Source: an uncultured Candidatus Saccharibacteria bacterium (lineage in GTDB: Bacteria; Patescibacteriota; Minisyncoccia; 2-02-FULL-40-12; GWA2-44-9). Taken from it: a stretch of 64,000 bases of DNA. Below are positions 1-9,600 of the stretch, piece after piece. Under the pieces are notes generated by a model that had not been told where the DNA came from, searched no databases, and was given only the letters and a program-made list of their open reading frames with translations. Position 1 is the stretch's first letter, and each line of letters begins with the position of its first letter. A program made the position numbers and the translations under genes. The DNA lies in NCBI GenBank assembly GCA_964491455.1, contig CAZBFM010000002.1, positions 28,947 to 92,946 on the forward strand, in the 5' to 3' direction.

Positions 1-44
1 TCCAGAAAATATTGTACAGCACATATTTCATGATGTCAACGCAC

Positions 45-85
45 AAAAAAGCCCGGCCATCCACGGTGTATGTGAATGCCGGGCC
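45..85 (-). terminator. Rho-independent terminator downstream of the vWA gene: stem gcccggc/gccgggc with a large loop, then a T-run on the minus strand.
   Basis: Inverted repeat at about 51-57 and 78-84, followed on the minus strand by TTTTTT (the plus-strand A-run 45-50). Confidence 0.5.
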
Positions 86-107
86 ACGACCTAGCTACTC
101 CGCCCTA

Positions 108-1151
108 TCAGCGACGCGCGCGACCATGTGCGCCCGTACTGGACGTCGTGATCTCGCCAGACGCCTGCGCGACCAGCGCAGCACCGACAGCCGGAACGAG
201 CGCCGCCGTTGCCTTGGAGGCAGCGTGCACACCTTTTGCTCCCTTGGCACGCAGCACGTCGACAAGATCGTCATGCTCCACACCAGAGAATCGGCCGATC
301 GCCATCGCCATCGTGCTCACGAGGGCGTCGGTCTCGGCCACCTCGAGCACATGCTCCGGATTCTCACCCGCATCCTGCAACAACTTCTGCCACATCTTGG
401 TGATGCGGACATCGGTGCCGTGATGCGTGTGCTTCGGCCGGAGCACGAAGACGTTGAACTTCTTACACGTCTCACGGACCGATTCCAACATCGTGACTTC
501 CGCTTCGATGCGATCACCGAACACAGAGTGCGCGATAGCAGGTGAGGTGCCGTGCTTGCTGGGATCGCCAGCATCGTAGTAGGGCTGCTCGTCGCAGATG
601 ACGAAGGCAAACCCCTTGGTGCCATCACGCTCAAACGATTCGAGCTTCGTATGACGTGCCAGCGCATAGAAGGTGAGGTGATACGCCTCTCCGTCGTTGC
701 CGCCACCCCTCATCGGGATGACCATCTCATTGAGTGCCTCCACCAACTTCGGAGCGCCGATCTCGAACTGGGACATCTGGAACGCCGCGTTAGGAACGAC
801 CGTCTCGTCGTCATGTCCAATGAACATGACGTTGGGGTGATCAGTGATCCCCTGTTCGACGAGGAGCCCGATAAGCGCGGGAAGCGCCTTCTGAATCTTC
901 TCCGGGACATCCTCCATACTTGCCGTACAATCGATCGACACCACAATCGGGGTGACCTGATCGAAGCCGGGTGCGAAACACGACTCTCGTACGCCGTTTT
1001 TTAGACCCTTGGGATCAAGAATCTTTGCGATGGAACCGGCAAAGTCACCGGTTGCCGCCGCTCGTGTGGAACGCGCGAACGCCTTGCCTGAATCGTCCAA
1101 CGCCTTAACGGCGCTGGCGTGATCCACGGGATCATGAGATCCACTGCCCAT
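108..1151 (-). CDS. von Willebrand factor A (vWA) domain protein, TerY-like.
   Basis: MIDAS-like DxTxS motif (VVSIDCTASM) in a roughly 200-aa vWA-fold region. It lies 50 bp downstream of the kinase homolog and is co-oriented with it. Confidence 0.6.
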   Translation of the reverse strand: MGSGSHDPVDHASAVKALDDSGKAFARSTRAAATGDFAGSIAKILDPKGLKNGVRESCFAPGFDQVTPIVVSIDCTASMEDVPEKIQKALPALIGLLVEQGITDHPNVMFIGHDDETVVPNAAFQMSQFEIGAPKLVEALNEMVIPMRGGGNDGEAYHLTFYALARHTKLESFERDGTKGFAFVICDEQPYYDAGDPSKHGTSPAIAHSVFGDRIEAEVTMLESVRETCKKFNVFVLRPKHTHHGTDVRITKMWQKLLQDAGENPEHVLEVAETDALVSTMAMAIGRFSGVEHDDLVDVLRAKGAKGVHAASKATAALVPAVGAALVAQASGEITTSSTGAHGRARR

Positions 1152-1204
1152 AGTGTTAGCCTTTCGTGGTACGACAGTTATACGACGTTATTGAACGAAC
1201 GACA

Positions 1205-2407
1205 CTAGTGCACCGAAGACGGCATGTCTAGTGGTGCAAATTGACGAACCGGGAAGACGCGCTTTGCGACCTCGGTAAATTCTCCCCATGCGGTGCTGCC
1301 ATCACGAGGACGCCGCGACGCAGTGGGTTGCAAACACCGATTGATGAACTCACGAAATGGAGCCTCGACCGTATCGGGGAGATGCTGCGTAGCAGGATCG
1401 CCTCCCAGAAGATACACCATACACCACGCCGACATGAAAATATCAGACGCCGGTGTTGGTGGGGCAGCGGTGCATGCCACCTCCAGAGGATAGTACGCTT
1501 GGTAGCGACTCTCCATATACGGGACAACATCAGCTTGACCCAACCGACACGACGCAGTCCAATCAATGATGTTTGCTTGGTGATCTCTCGCATGCACCAG
1601 CACGTGATTGGGCGTGAGGCCACCATGGATCACTTTCGCGCTGTGCGCCAGCGTGAGACCTTCGAGGATTCGATTCCAAATAAAGGTCATGATGCGCGTC
1701 GACACGCCGTTGGGATACGCAGATCGAATCGCTTCGAGCGTATACCAGCCGTCGGTTCGTACCGGATCCTGCAGTAGCACGTTCACCACGCGGCGATGTG
1801 TACTGCCAGGCTCTGCGAGTCTGATCGACTCGAGAAAATGCGGAAGACGACCTGCGAGACTGACAGCAACACGCTTACGATCAGGTACGTTCGAAAGCTC
1901 TTTGACCTTACTAGCGATCAAGCCATAGGAGCGAGCTTCTCGCTCCATAAGATCATTGTCAGCGCTCGAGTGAGGAATGCGCATCACCACGCTCGTGGCA
2001 ACGCCTTGCTTATCAATCGCAACACCGGTAAAGATGCCGCAGGTGCCGCCCTCGGAGATTCGAGTTAAGACCTGATACGAGTATCGCGCTGTGCGAAAAA
2101 CGAGTGGCCCACGCGTCGGCGCTTTCTTCGGCGTTGCGGACGTGCCATACGAGCCAGCTTTCAGTGCAGCCTGCGCTCGTCCCCAGAGCTCAGTGAGCCC
2201 CTGGAACGCCTTGCGCGCCTGCGCTTTTTCGCCGACGTCGAGGTACTTGTCCTCATGAACAACGCGCGCGAGGCGCCAGTAGATTTTCCGTGCTGCATCC
2301 AGTTGTGCATCGGGGGCGCCCGACAGGACACCAAAGATGTGCTCCGGAGTCAATGCTCGTGCAATCTGCTCAGCAACGATGGATAGCTCGTTACTAGACA
2401 CTTCCAA
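1205..2407 (-). CDS. Ser/Thr protein kinase-like protein, predicted pseudokinase or atypical kinase.
   Basis: Kinase-fold signatures are present: a Gly-rich loop (EGGTCGIFTGV) and a C-lobe. The catalytic loop reads HGGLTPNH where HRDLKPxN is expected, so the HRD Asp and the Lys are missing. DFG is replaced by DWT, and the beta3 position reads VVMRI rather than VAIK. Confidence 0.55.
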   Translation of the reverse strand: MEVSSNELSIVAEQIARALTPEHIFGVLSGAPDAQLDAARKIYWRLARVVHEDKYLDVGEKAQARKAFQGLTELWGRAQAALKAGSYGTSATPKKAPTRGPLVFRTARYSYQVLTRISEGGTCGIFTGVAIDKQGVATSVVMRIPHSSADNDLMEREARSYGLIASKVKELSNVPDRKRVAVSLAGRLPHFLESIRLAEPGSTHRRVVNVLLQDPVRTDGWYTLEAIRSAYPNGVSTRIMTFIWNRILEGLTLAHSAKVIHGGLTPNHVLVHARDHQANIIDWTASCRLGQADVVPYMESRYQAYYPLEVACTAAPPTPASDIFMSAWCMVYLLGGDPATQHLPDTVEAPFREFINRCLQPTASRRPRDGSTAWGEFTEVAKRVFPVRQFAPLDMPSSVH

Positions 2408-2551
2408 CCTCCTTTCTTATCAATGTTCGAAGGCACTATAGTAATACAAAGGTGGTGCAATGTCAACTACGCGATGCTTGACTTTTGAGCATTTTAGCTG
2501 TAGAGTACTGCGTCGTTCTCTGACAATCTAGTTACAACCAAGGAGGGCTCT

Positions 2552-5101
2552 ATGCCCGAGAAACTACCCTGTCTTCTTCCTGACGATGTGAAGTTCATTC
2601 ACTACGATCTGGAGCTGGAGCCCGATTTCGAAAAGTTCGAATTTCGTGGCGCCGTCCGCATCACCTGCCAGGTTATTCGTCCGACCAAGAGTATCACCCT
2701 GCACGCTGCCGGGCTGACATTCTCGGCAGGCGCTCGCGTTGGCTACGAAAACCACTGCGGCAATGATGTTATTTCGTTTGCATCGCAGATCCAATTCGAC
2801 GACGCACAGGAACGCGTGACGATTCAGTTCGAAAAAGAGCTCCCCACCAAACTCGTGTACCTGACGATTGCCTACTCGGGTGAACTCAATGATTCGATGA
2901 AGGGCTTCTATCGCAGCTCGTATGTCGCCGCCGATGGGACTACCAAGTACCTGGCCGTGACGCAGTGCGAATCGACCGACGCCCGTCGCGTCTTGCCCTG
3001 CGGCGACGAGCCGGCGCTGAAGGCGACGTTTGCCGTGACTCTCATCCGACCCGTTGGCATGCACGCGCTATCGAACATGCCCATCCATTGGGATGTTCCT
3101 CATGGCGATAACAAGCGTAAGGTTCAATTCGGGGTTACCCCGAAGATGTCCACCTATCTGCTTGCCATCGTGATCGGCGACCTTGATTTCATCGAGACTG
3201 AGATGAAATCAGGCACCCGTGTGCGTGTCTACACGACACCCGGGAAATCTGAGCAGGGACGCTTCGCACTCGAGACAGCTTGCCGTGCTCTCGAGTTCTA
3301 CAACGCGTACTTCTGGATCAAATACCCGCTGCCGAAGCTGGACATGGTGGCCATTCCCGACTTCGCTGCCGGCGCCATGGAAAACTGGGGACTGGTGACG
3401 TATCGCGAAAACGCGCTCCTCATCGATCCCGTGCATTCGTCCGCAGCTGCCTACAAGCGCGTCGCTGAAGTGGTCTGCCACGAGCTCGCACACATGTGGT
3501 TCGGAAACCTGGTCACCATGACCTGGTGGACGCACCTCTGGCTCAACGAAGGCTTTGCAACCTGGGTTGCCAGCCATGCGATGCACCATCTGTTCCCTGA
3601 CTGGAACGTGTGGAATCACTTCGTTGCCGATGAGTACGAAGCTGGCCTCCAGCTGGATGCTCTGCGTTCTACCCATCCCATCGAGGTTGCCGTGTCGCAT
3701 CCCGATGAGATTTCGCAGATCTTCGATGACATCGCCTACGCAAAAGGTGCGAGCGTCATTCGCATGATCCACGAAGAACTCGGCGCGGAAGCATTTCGCG
3801 AGGGCCTGCATCGCTACCTGCATCGCTTTGCCTACGGCAACGCGTCGACGGATGATCTGTGGGCGTCACTGAGCCAAGCATCCGGACAGGATGTGGCGGC
3901 ACTTATGAGTAGCTGGACGAAGCAGCCTGGATTCCCGATCGTGCGATTCTTCGATGACATCGACGATGACCATACGACTACGCACATCGAGCAAGAACGG
4001 TTTGTTGCCGATGGGTCTGCACTCCTTCCATCAGAACGGGAGCAGCGATGGAAACTTCCTCGCCAAATCTATCAGCAGGAAGGAAATTCGTGGAAGATCA
4101 ACGTCGGCCAGTCATCGTTTGTTCGAGTACATTACACGAGCGAACACTTGCGTGGCCTCGGATATTCCATTGAACACGGGACTCTGCCGCCGCTGGACCG
4201 CTACGGCATCATCAGCGACACTCACGCGCTGACCCGTGCAGGCAAAGTCGACGTCGTCGACCTCCTGACGCTCATCGCCATGTATCGCCGAGAGACGGAC
4301 TACACTGTCTGGACTGCGGTCACTGCAGCGCTCGCCGATCTTCGCTCGCTCGTTGAAGATGACGCGGTGCTCGTGCGACGATTCAAAGAATTCGAATGTC
4401 GCATACTGACTCGCATTCATGGCGTCCTCGGCGTCGTTGAAGGCACTAATGATTCTCATGACACGAAGCTCCTTCGAGGGCTCATCATGGGAGCCATCGG
4501 ATCGGCGGGCAATCGCCCGACGATTCACCAGGCGAGAGCACTCTTCATGGACCATTTCAGTGGCACGGAGATTCTCAACCCCAATCTTCGTGCGCCAACG
4601 TACAAGCTCATTGCACGCGAAGCGAATTGGGACTACTACACCAAGCTCATCGCACTGCTCGAGCAAGCCACACTGCAAGAGGAGCGCGTGCGAATCCTGC
4701 ACGCCATGGGGCTCGTTGAAGAGCCGGCGATCATCCAGGATCTGCTAGCGCTCATCTTTGAACGGAAGCTCATTCGTACGAGTGACATCGTCTATGTCAT
4801 GCCAGCGATGGGATCGCATCCCGGCGGGCGACTCGCTCTGTGGGATTACGTCCGCACCAACTGGGGCGTCATCAACGAGTCCTACGGTAAAGGCACGAGG
4901 ATGATATCGCGCATCCTGGAAGGCATGATCTCCGGTCACGCAACGACGAATGCTGCTGACATGTTTGAAGTGTTCTTCCATCTCAATCCCGTACCAAGTG
5001 CGACGTCAAAAATCGCTCAGTCCATTGAAACGGTCAGGACGCGCGCCGCATGGCGTCAGCGCGACTCAGCAAAAATCGCTGAGTTCCTTTCCGGATTCTG
5101 A
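2552..5101 (+). CDS. pepN: Aminopeptidase N (M1 family zinc metallopeptidase).
   Basis: GAMENWG exopeptidase motif, HELAHMWFGN...LWLNEGFATW (HExxH-x18-E), length about 850 aa, and an AAGGAGGG RBS 6 nt upstream. Confidence 0.9.
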   Translation: MPEKLPCLLPDDVKFIHYDLELEPDFEKFEFRGAVRITCQVIRPTKSITLHAAGLTFSAGARVGYENHCGNDVISFASQIQFDDAQERVTIQFEKELPTKLVYLTIAYSGELNDSMKGFYRSSYVAADGTTKYLAVTQCESTDARRVLPCGDEPALKATFAVTLIRPVGMHALSNMPIHWDVPHGDNKRKVQFGVTPKMSTYLLAIVIGDLDFIETEMKSGTRVRVYTTPGKSEQGRFALETACRALEFYNAYFWIKYPLPKLDMVAIPDFAAGAMENWGLVTYRENALLIDPVHSSAAAYKRVAEVVCHELAHMWFGNLVTMTWWTHLWLNEGFATWVASHAMHHLFPDWNVWNHFVADEYEAGLQLDALRSTHPIEVAVSHPDEISQIFDDIAYAKGASVIRMIHEELGAEAFREGLHRYLHRFAYGNASTDDLWASLSQASGQDVAALMSSWTKQPGFPIVRFFDDIDDDHTTTHIEQERFVADGSALLPSEREQRWKLPRQIYQQEGNSWKINVGQSSFVRVHYTSEHLRGLGYSIEHGTLPPLDRYGIISDTHALTRAGKVDVVDLLTLIAMYRRETDYTVWTAVTAALADLRSLVEDDAVLVRRFKEFECRILTRIHGVLGVVEGTNDSHDTKLLRGLIMGAIGSAGNRPTIHQARALFMDHFSGTEILNPNLRAPTYKLIAREANWDYYTKLIALLEQATLQEERVRILHAMGLVEEPAIIQDLLALIFERKLIRTSDIVYVMPAMGSHPGGRLALWDYVRTNWGVINESYGKGTRMISRILEGMISGHATTNAADMFEVFFHLNPVPSATSKIAQSIETVRTRAAWRQRDSAKIAEFLSGF

Positions 5102-5109
5102 TACGTACT

Positions 5110-5137
5110 CCCCGCCAGCAATGGCGGGGATTTTTTG
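5110..5137 (+). terminator. Rho-independent terminator after pepN.
   Basis: ccccgccagcaatggcgggg hairpin followed by TTTTTTG. Confidence 0.7.
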
Positions 5138-5140
5138 TGA

Positions 5141-5170
5141 TTGCAGACCTACCAACATTCTTCTATACTC
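5141..5170 (+). promoter_or_regulatory. Sigma70-like promoter for pth (TTGCAG-N18-TATACT). The ATG lies 5 nt past the -10 box, which suggests a leaderless transcript.
   Basis: The -35 TTGCAG sits at 5141-5146 and the -10 TATACT at 5165-5170, with the pth ATG at 5176. There is no Shine-Dalgarno sequence between them. Confidence 0.4.
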
Positions 5171-5175
5171 ATCCC

Positions 5176-5745
5176 ATGAAACTTATCGTTGGTATCGGCA
5201 ACCCAGATGCGGAATATCTCCTCACTCGCCACAACGTTGGCTGGCAGTTTTTAGACTGGCTTCAAAAGAAGTATAAGGGCGGTGCATTTGAAGAAAACAA
5301 GAAAGTGCTCGGCATGGCAGCTACTATAGATATAGAAGGCGAGAAAGGATGGCTCCTCAAACCAACCACCTACGTCAATAAGTCCGGTGATAGTGTTCGA
5401 AAGGCAAAACCGTGGGCGAAGGCAAAAAACACCGACATTATTGTCGTGCACGACGATCTCGACATTCCGTTTGGCATGTGCAAATTTTCGTTTGAGAAAA
5501 ATTCTGGCGGTCATCGCGGCGTGCAAAGCGTTATCGACTCGCTGAAGACAACGAAATTCTATCGCATCCGCATCGGTACAGGTGTACGAGCGCTCGATAA
5601 AGCGCGTGATGAGTCGGATAAAAAACGTGATGAATTTGTGAAAGATTTCGTACTTAAGAAATTCACCCCTGCACAGCATGAGGAGCTCAAGGCAATCTTC
5701 AAAGAATGCGAAGTTCGCCTCTTCCAAGCGCTCAAGCACGGCTAA
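5176..5745 (+). CDS. pth: Peptidyl-tRNA hydrolase.
   Basis: N-terminus MKLIVGIGNPDAEYLLTRHNVGW (Pth signature), with the conserved His and an HDDLD region. The annotated GTG start at 5137 falls inside the terminator T-tract, so the ATG at 5176 is preferred. Confidence 0.85.
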   Translation: MKLIVGIGNPDAEYLLTRHNVGWQFLDWLQKKYKGGAFEENKKVLGMAATIDIEGEKGWLLKPTTYVNKSGDSVRKAKPWAKAKNTDIIVVHDDLDIPFGMCKFSFEKNSGGHRGVQSVIDSLKTTKFYRIRIGTGVRALDKARDESDKKRDEFVKDFVLKKFTPAQHEELKAIFKECEVRLFQALKHG

Positions 5746-5752
5746 CGCACGC

Positions 5753-7084
5753 ATGGCAACCGACTACCCCATCGCAGGCATGCACTGTCACTCCTGCGAG
5801 ATACTCGTCGAACAACACATCCAAAAAGTCCCCGGCGTGCAATCAGTGGACGTACATCACCACACAGGAATTGCTCGCGTGACACCGCAATCGGGACAGA
5901 CGCCAAATGAAGACGCCATCAAGCAAGCGATTCGTGACGCAGGATACACCCCCTCACAAGAACAACCACGACCGTGGATTGTCCGCGACAGCAACCAATG
6001 GATTGAAGCGATGGTCGCGGCGTGCTTGGTATTTGTGCTGTACATTGCCGCACGCCTTCTGGGAATCACATCGCTGTCAGCATCGATCGGCTCATCGGTG
6101 GGCATCGGGGTTGCACTTGTTGTCGGCCTTACTGCGGGCGTTTCCACCTGTGCCGCACTCGTCGGTGGCCTTGTGCTAGGATTTTCCGCACGCCACGCGG
6201 ATACACATCCACACGACACACTCTTGCAACGCCTTCGTCCTCACGCGTTTTTTCACCTTGGTCGCATCGTGGGATTTGCGCTCTTAGGTGGTGTGATTGG
6301 TTTTGCTGGATCAGCACTGCAGCCATCTGCGCTTCTCTTGGGAGTCCTTACGATGATTGTGGGTGTGGTGATGATTTCCTTAGGTATCAAACTCACCGAG
6401 CTAGTACCACGTGTTGATACACTTCTTACACTTCCACCGAGCATCGCGCGAACATTGGGCATCACCGCCGAGCATGCCTACAGTCACTGGCGAGCAATGC
6501 TCACCGGCGCGCTCACCTTTTTTGTGCCGTGCGGATTTACACAAGCGATTCAATTAGCTGCAGTCTCATCTGCGAGTGCTGCGCAAGGAGCGCTCATGAT
6601 GGGCGCATTTGCAGTGGGAACTACTCCGGGGCTTCTTGGTATCGCTGCCCTGTCATCACTGGTTCGAGGACCCTTTGCACGTTTTCTCTTTAAAGTGATT
6701 GGCGTTCTGGTTATCGGGCTAGGCGTCTGGAATATGAGTAATGGACTAACCTTGAGTGGCATTGCACTCCCTTCGCTGTCCGAAAAAGTCCAGGGCCCCC
6801 TGGCGGAGCTTCGCGGAGGCACGCAATACATAACCATGAAGCAAGGAGAGATTGGATACTCACCGAATACATTCACTATTCGAAAAGGCGTTCCCTTCGT
6901 ATGGACAATCACCTCCACGAGCTCATACACCTGCGCATCAACGTTGAGTGTGCCATCGCTGGGCATTCAAAAAAATCTTTCACTCGGAGATAATGTGATC
7001 ACCTTTACGCCATCGCGCAGTGGCACGATTCGATTTAGTTGCTCCATGGGTATGTTTGGGGGCGAAATAACCGTCATCGATTAG
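5753..7084 (+). CDS. Heavy-metal-associated (HMA) domain fused to a multi-pass permease and a C-terminal small beta-rich (cupredoxin-like?) domain.
   Basis: N-terminal GMHCHSCE (MxCxxC HMA motif), then at least 6 predicted TM helices including a conserved FFVPCGF segment, then a roughly 100-aa soluble C-terminal domain. It is immediately upstream of, and adjacent to, copA. The start at 5753 (ATG) was chosen because the longer ORF overlaps pth. Confidence 0.6.
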   Translation: MATDYPIAGMHCHSCEILVEQHIQKVPGVQSVDVHHHTGIARVTPQSGQTPNEDAIKQAIRDAGYTPSQEQPRPWIVRDSNQWIEAMVAACLVFVLYIAARLLGITSLSASIGSSVGIGVALVVGLTAGVSTCAALVGGLVLGFSARHADTHPHDTLLQRLRPHAFFHLGRIVGFALLGGVIGFAGSALQPSALLLGVLTMIVGVVMISLGIKLTELVPRVDTLLTLPPSIARTLGITAEHAYSHWRAMLTGALTFFVPCGFTQAIQLAAVSSASAAQGALMMGAFAVGTTPGLLGIAALSSLVRGPFARFLFKVIGVLVIGLGVWNMSNGLTLSGIALPSLSEKVQGPLAELRGGTQYITMKQGEIGYSPNTFTIRKGVPFVWTITSTSSYTCASTLSVPSLGIQKNLSLGDNVITFTPSRSGTIRFSCSMGMFGGEITVID

Positions 7085-7085
7085 C

Positions 7086-9356
7086 ATGGCTAAAAAAACA
7101 ATCTCCATCCGCGGTATGCACTGCGCGTCATGCGTCCTGCTCATCGAACAAACACTCAAGAGCGTACCCGGCATCACGGAAGCAAATGCGAATCTTGCAA
7201 CGAACACCGCAACAATCACCTTCGACCCCCAGAACGTCACCGATCACGATATAGCGGAAGCCGTCAATAAAACGGGCTATGAAGTAGCCACCGAACAGCA
7301 CGAGGGCATGTCCGCTAGCGAACATTCTGCTCACCTCAAGCGCGAGAGCGCGCAAGAACTCATATCACTTCGACGAAAGGTCATTATATCGCTTGTATTC
7401 GGCGTACTCATCATATGGGGAAGCGTTCCTTGGCTTACCGCAACGGCTCCCTCGCTCCTTACGCAACCGTGGCTACAACTCCTCCTGGCGACTCCCGTCC
7501 AGCTTTGGATTGGCTTGGTCTTCTATCGACCCGCATTACGCGCTGCTCGTCATGGCACCTCAAACATGGACACGCTCGTTGCCATTGGAACAAGTGTCGC
7601 GTTTGCATACTCCACAGTCATCACAGTCGCCCCAACACTTGTGACGCGCATGGGCATCATTGCGATGCCATACTTTGATGTCAGCGTGATCGTCATTGGC
7701 CTCGTACTTCTGGGTCGCTATCTGGAAGCACGCGCAAAATCAGGAACCTCAGAAGCCATCGAAAAACTCATGGGACTGCAGGCAAAAACGGCGCGGGTCA
7801 TTCGCGACGGACAAGAGATTGATATTGCCATCGAACAGGTGATTGTTGGCGACACGATTCGCGTGCGACCGGGAGAGAAGATTCCCGTGGATGGTGTGAT
7901 TACCGAGGGCAGCTCTGCGCTCGATGAATCAATGGTGACGGGTGAAAGCATTCCCGCGAATAAGAGCGTCGGCGATACCGTTATCGGTGCAACGCTGAAC
8001 GTGCAGGGGTCCTTCCTCTTTACCGCTACAAAGATAGGCTCCGAAACGATGCTTGCGAGTATTATCAAACTCGTCCAAGACGCACAGGGGAGCAAAGCGC
8101 CCATTCAACGCTTGGCTGATCGCGTCTCATCGTACTTCGTTCCCGTGGTATTGGTACTCGCCGTTCTGACATTTGTAGTCTGGTATTTCGTCGGCCCATC
8201 CCCCACGCTCCCCTACGCGCTCCTAAACATGGTTGCCGTGCTCGTCATCGCCTGCCCCTGTGCTATGGGACTGGCAACACCCACAGCTATCATGGTCGGA
8301 ACCGGTGCTGGTGCGCAACGTGGAATCTTGATAAAAAATGCAGCAGCACTCGAAGTCGCTCACTCAATCACCGCAGTGCTGTTTGATAAAACAGGAACAC
8401 TCACCGAAGGCAAGCCGCGGGTCACTGGTGTTATCACCGTAGATGGATACACCGAATCAGACATCCTTCGTTTGGACGGAGCACTCGAGCAATCCTCAAG
8501 CCACCCGGTCGCGAAGGCCATCACCGATGAGGCGCGTCACCGAGGAGTCTCCCTCCAGGGATCACCGCAACAGTTTGAGGCCGTCGCCGGATTTGGCATT
8601 CAGGGACTCGTTGAGGGTCAGCAGCTCGTGTCGGGCACTGAACGTTTCATGCAGATGAAAAAGATTGATGTAACTCTTCTGCGCGCACAGATTGATACGC
8701 TCATGGACGGTGGCAACACGCTCACCATCGTTGCTGCCGATGGCATTGTCATCGGAGCCATTGCGATTGCCGATACCATCAAGCCAACTGCGCGACAGAC
8801 GATAGACACGCTCAAAAAAATGGGAGTATCAGTTGCCATGATAACGGGTGATCACGAACGCGTAGCATCATCGGTCGCACACGCACTCGGCATTGATCGC
8901 TACTTTGCGTCTGTGCTCCCCAGCGACAAAGCAAGCTACGTCACTAAACTCCAACGCGAAGGCAACAAGGTTGCCATGGTTGGCGATGGCATCAACGATG
9001 CGCCAGCGCTTGCTGCCTCAGACGTGGGCATCGCCATCGCAACGGGCACTGATGTCGCCATCGAAGCGGCGGGTATCACCCTCGTCAACAAAAACCTCAT
9101 CGCAATTGCAACGACGCTCGCTCTTTCGCGAGCCACCATGCGCACCATCAAACAGAACCTCTTTTGGGCATTTGGGTACAACATCATCCTTATTCCGATT
9201 GCCATGGGAGCTCTCTATCCGTTCACCGGCACGCTCATGAATCCAATGCTTGCATCAGCGGCGATGGCGCTTAGTTCAATTTCCGTGGTGCTCAATTCTC
9301 TAATCCTAAAGAGAAAGGATATACAGCCAAGCGGCACGCCGCGGCTCCGTATGTAA
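7086..9356 (+). CDS. copA: Copper-translocating P1B-type ATPase.
   Basis: N-terminal HMA GMHCASC; the CPC transmembrane metal site ([12 protein letters not shown]); DKTGTLT phosphorylation motif; GDGINDAP hinge; 756 aa. Confidence 0.92.
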   Translation: MAKKTISIRGMHCASCVLLIEQTLKSVPGITEANANLATNTATITFDPQNVTDHDIAEAVNKTGYEVATEQHEGMSASEHSAHLKRESAQELISLRRKVIISLVFGVLIIWGSVPWLTATAPSLLTQPWLQLLLATPVQLWIGLVFYRPALRAARHGTSNMDTLVAIGTSVAFAYSTVITVAPTLVTRMGIIAMPYFDVSVIVIGLVLLGRYLEARAKSGTSEAIEKLMGLQAKTARVIRDGQEIDIAIEQVIVGDTIRVRPGEKIPVDGVITEGSSALDESMVTGESIPANKSVGDTVIGATLNVQGSFLFTATKIGSETMLASIIKLVQDAQGSKAPIQRLADRVSSYFVPVVLVLAVLTFVVWYFVGPSPTLPYALLNMVAVLVIACPCAMGLATPTAIMVGTGAGAQRGILIKNAAALEVAHSITAVLFDKTGTLTEGKPRVTGVITVDGYTESDILRLDGALEQSSSHPVAKAITDEARHRGVSLQGSPQQFEAVAGFGIQGLVEGQQLVSGTERFMQMKKIDVTLLRAQIDTLMDGGNTLTIVAADGIVIGAIAIADTIKPTARQTIDTLKKMGVSVAMITGDHERVASSVAHALGIDRYFASVLPSDKASYVTKLQREGNKVAMVGDGINDAPALAASDVGIAIATGTDVAIEAAGITLVNKNLIAIATTLALSRATMRTIKQNLFWAFGYNIILIPIAMGALYPFTGTLMNPMLASAAMALSSISVVLNSLILKRKDIQPSGTPRLRM

Positions 9357-9506
9357 TCCCACGTCGCCAAGCGGCACGCCGCGGCTCCGTATGTAATCCC
9401 ACGTCGCCAAGCGGCACGCCGCGGCTCCGTATGTAATCCCACGTCGCCAAGCGGCACGCCGCGGCTCCGTATGTAATCCCACGTCGCCAAGCGGCACGCC
9501 GCGGCT
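9326..9506. repeat. Perfect 40-bp tandem repeat of about 4.5 copies (unit ccaagcggcacgccgcggctccgtatgtaatcccacgtcg). The first copy encodes the last residues and TAA stop of copA.
   Basis: Direct reading: four identical units at 9326-9485 and a 21-bp partial fifth. The unit contains the palindrome gccgcggc. There are no spacers, so it is not a CRISPR. Confidence 0.95.
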
Positions 9507-9600
9507 CCTCTGGATATTTCCATGTTGCCTTATGCAACATGGAAATAAAAACGACCCCTCACAGAGAGGGGTCGTGGCTACCACGATGGTAGCGGCTAAC
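9507..9600. terminator. Cluster of three stem-loops between the convergent copA and MYG1-like genes, likely bidirectional terminators.
   Basis: tttccatgttgc-cttat-gcaacatggaaa (12-bp stem) followed by A-run; gacccctc-acag-agaggggtc; gctaccacgatggtagc. Confidence 0.6.

Noticed and set aside
2564-4981. Multiple 60-200-aa ORFs antisense to, or out of frame within, pepN, and similar antisense ORFs inside copA, hppA, leuS, the HAL-family gene and the histidine kinase.
   Set aside because: They are fully embedded in long, motif-supported genes. They are typical GC-rich shadow ORFs.
9326-9506. Possible CRISPR array.
   Set aside because: The repeats are directly abutting, with no unique spacers and no cas genes. 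It is a minisatellite, not a CRISPR.
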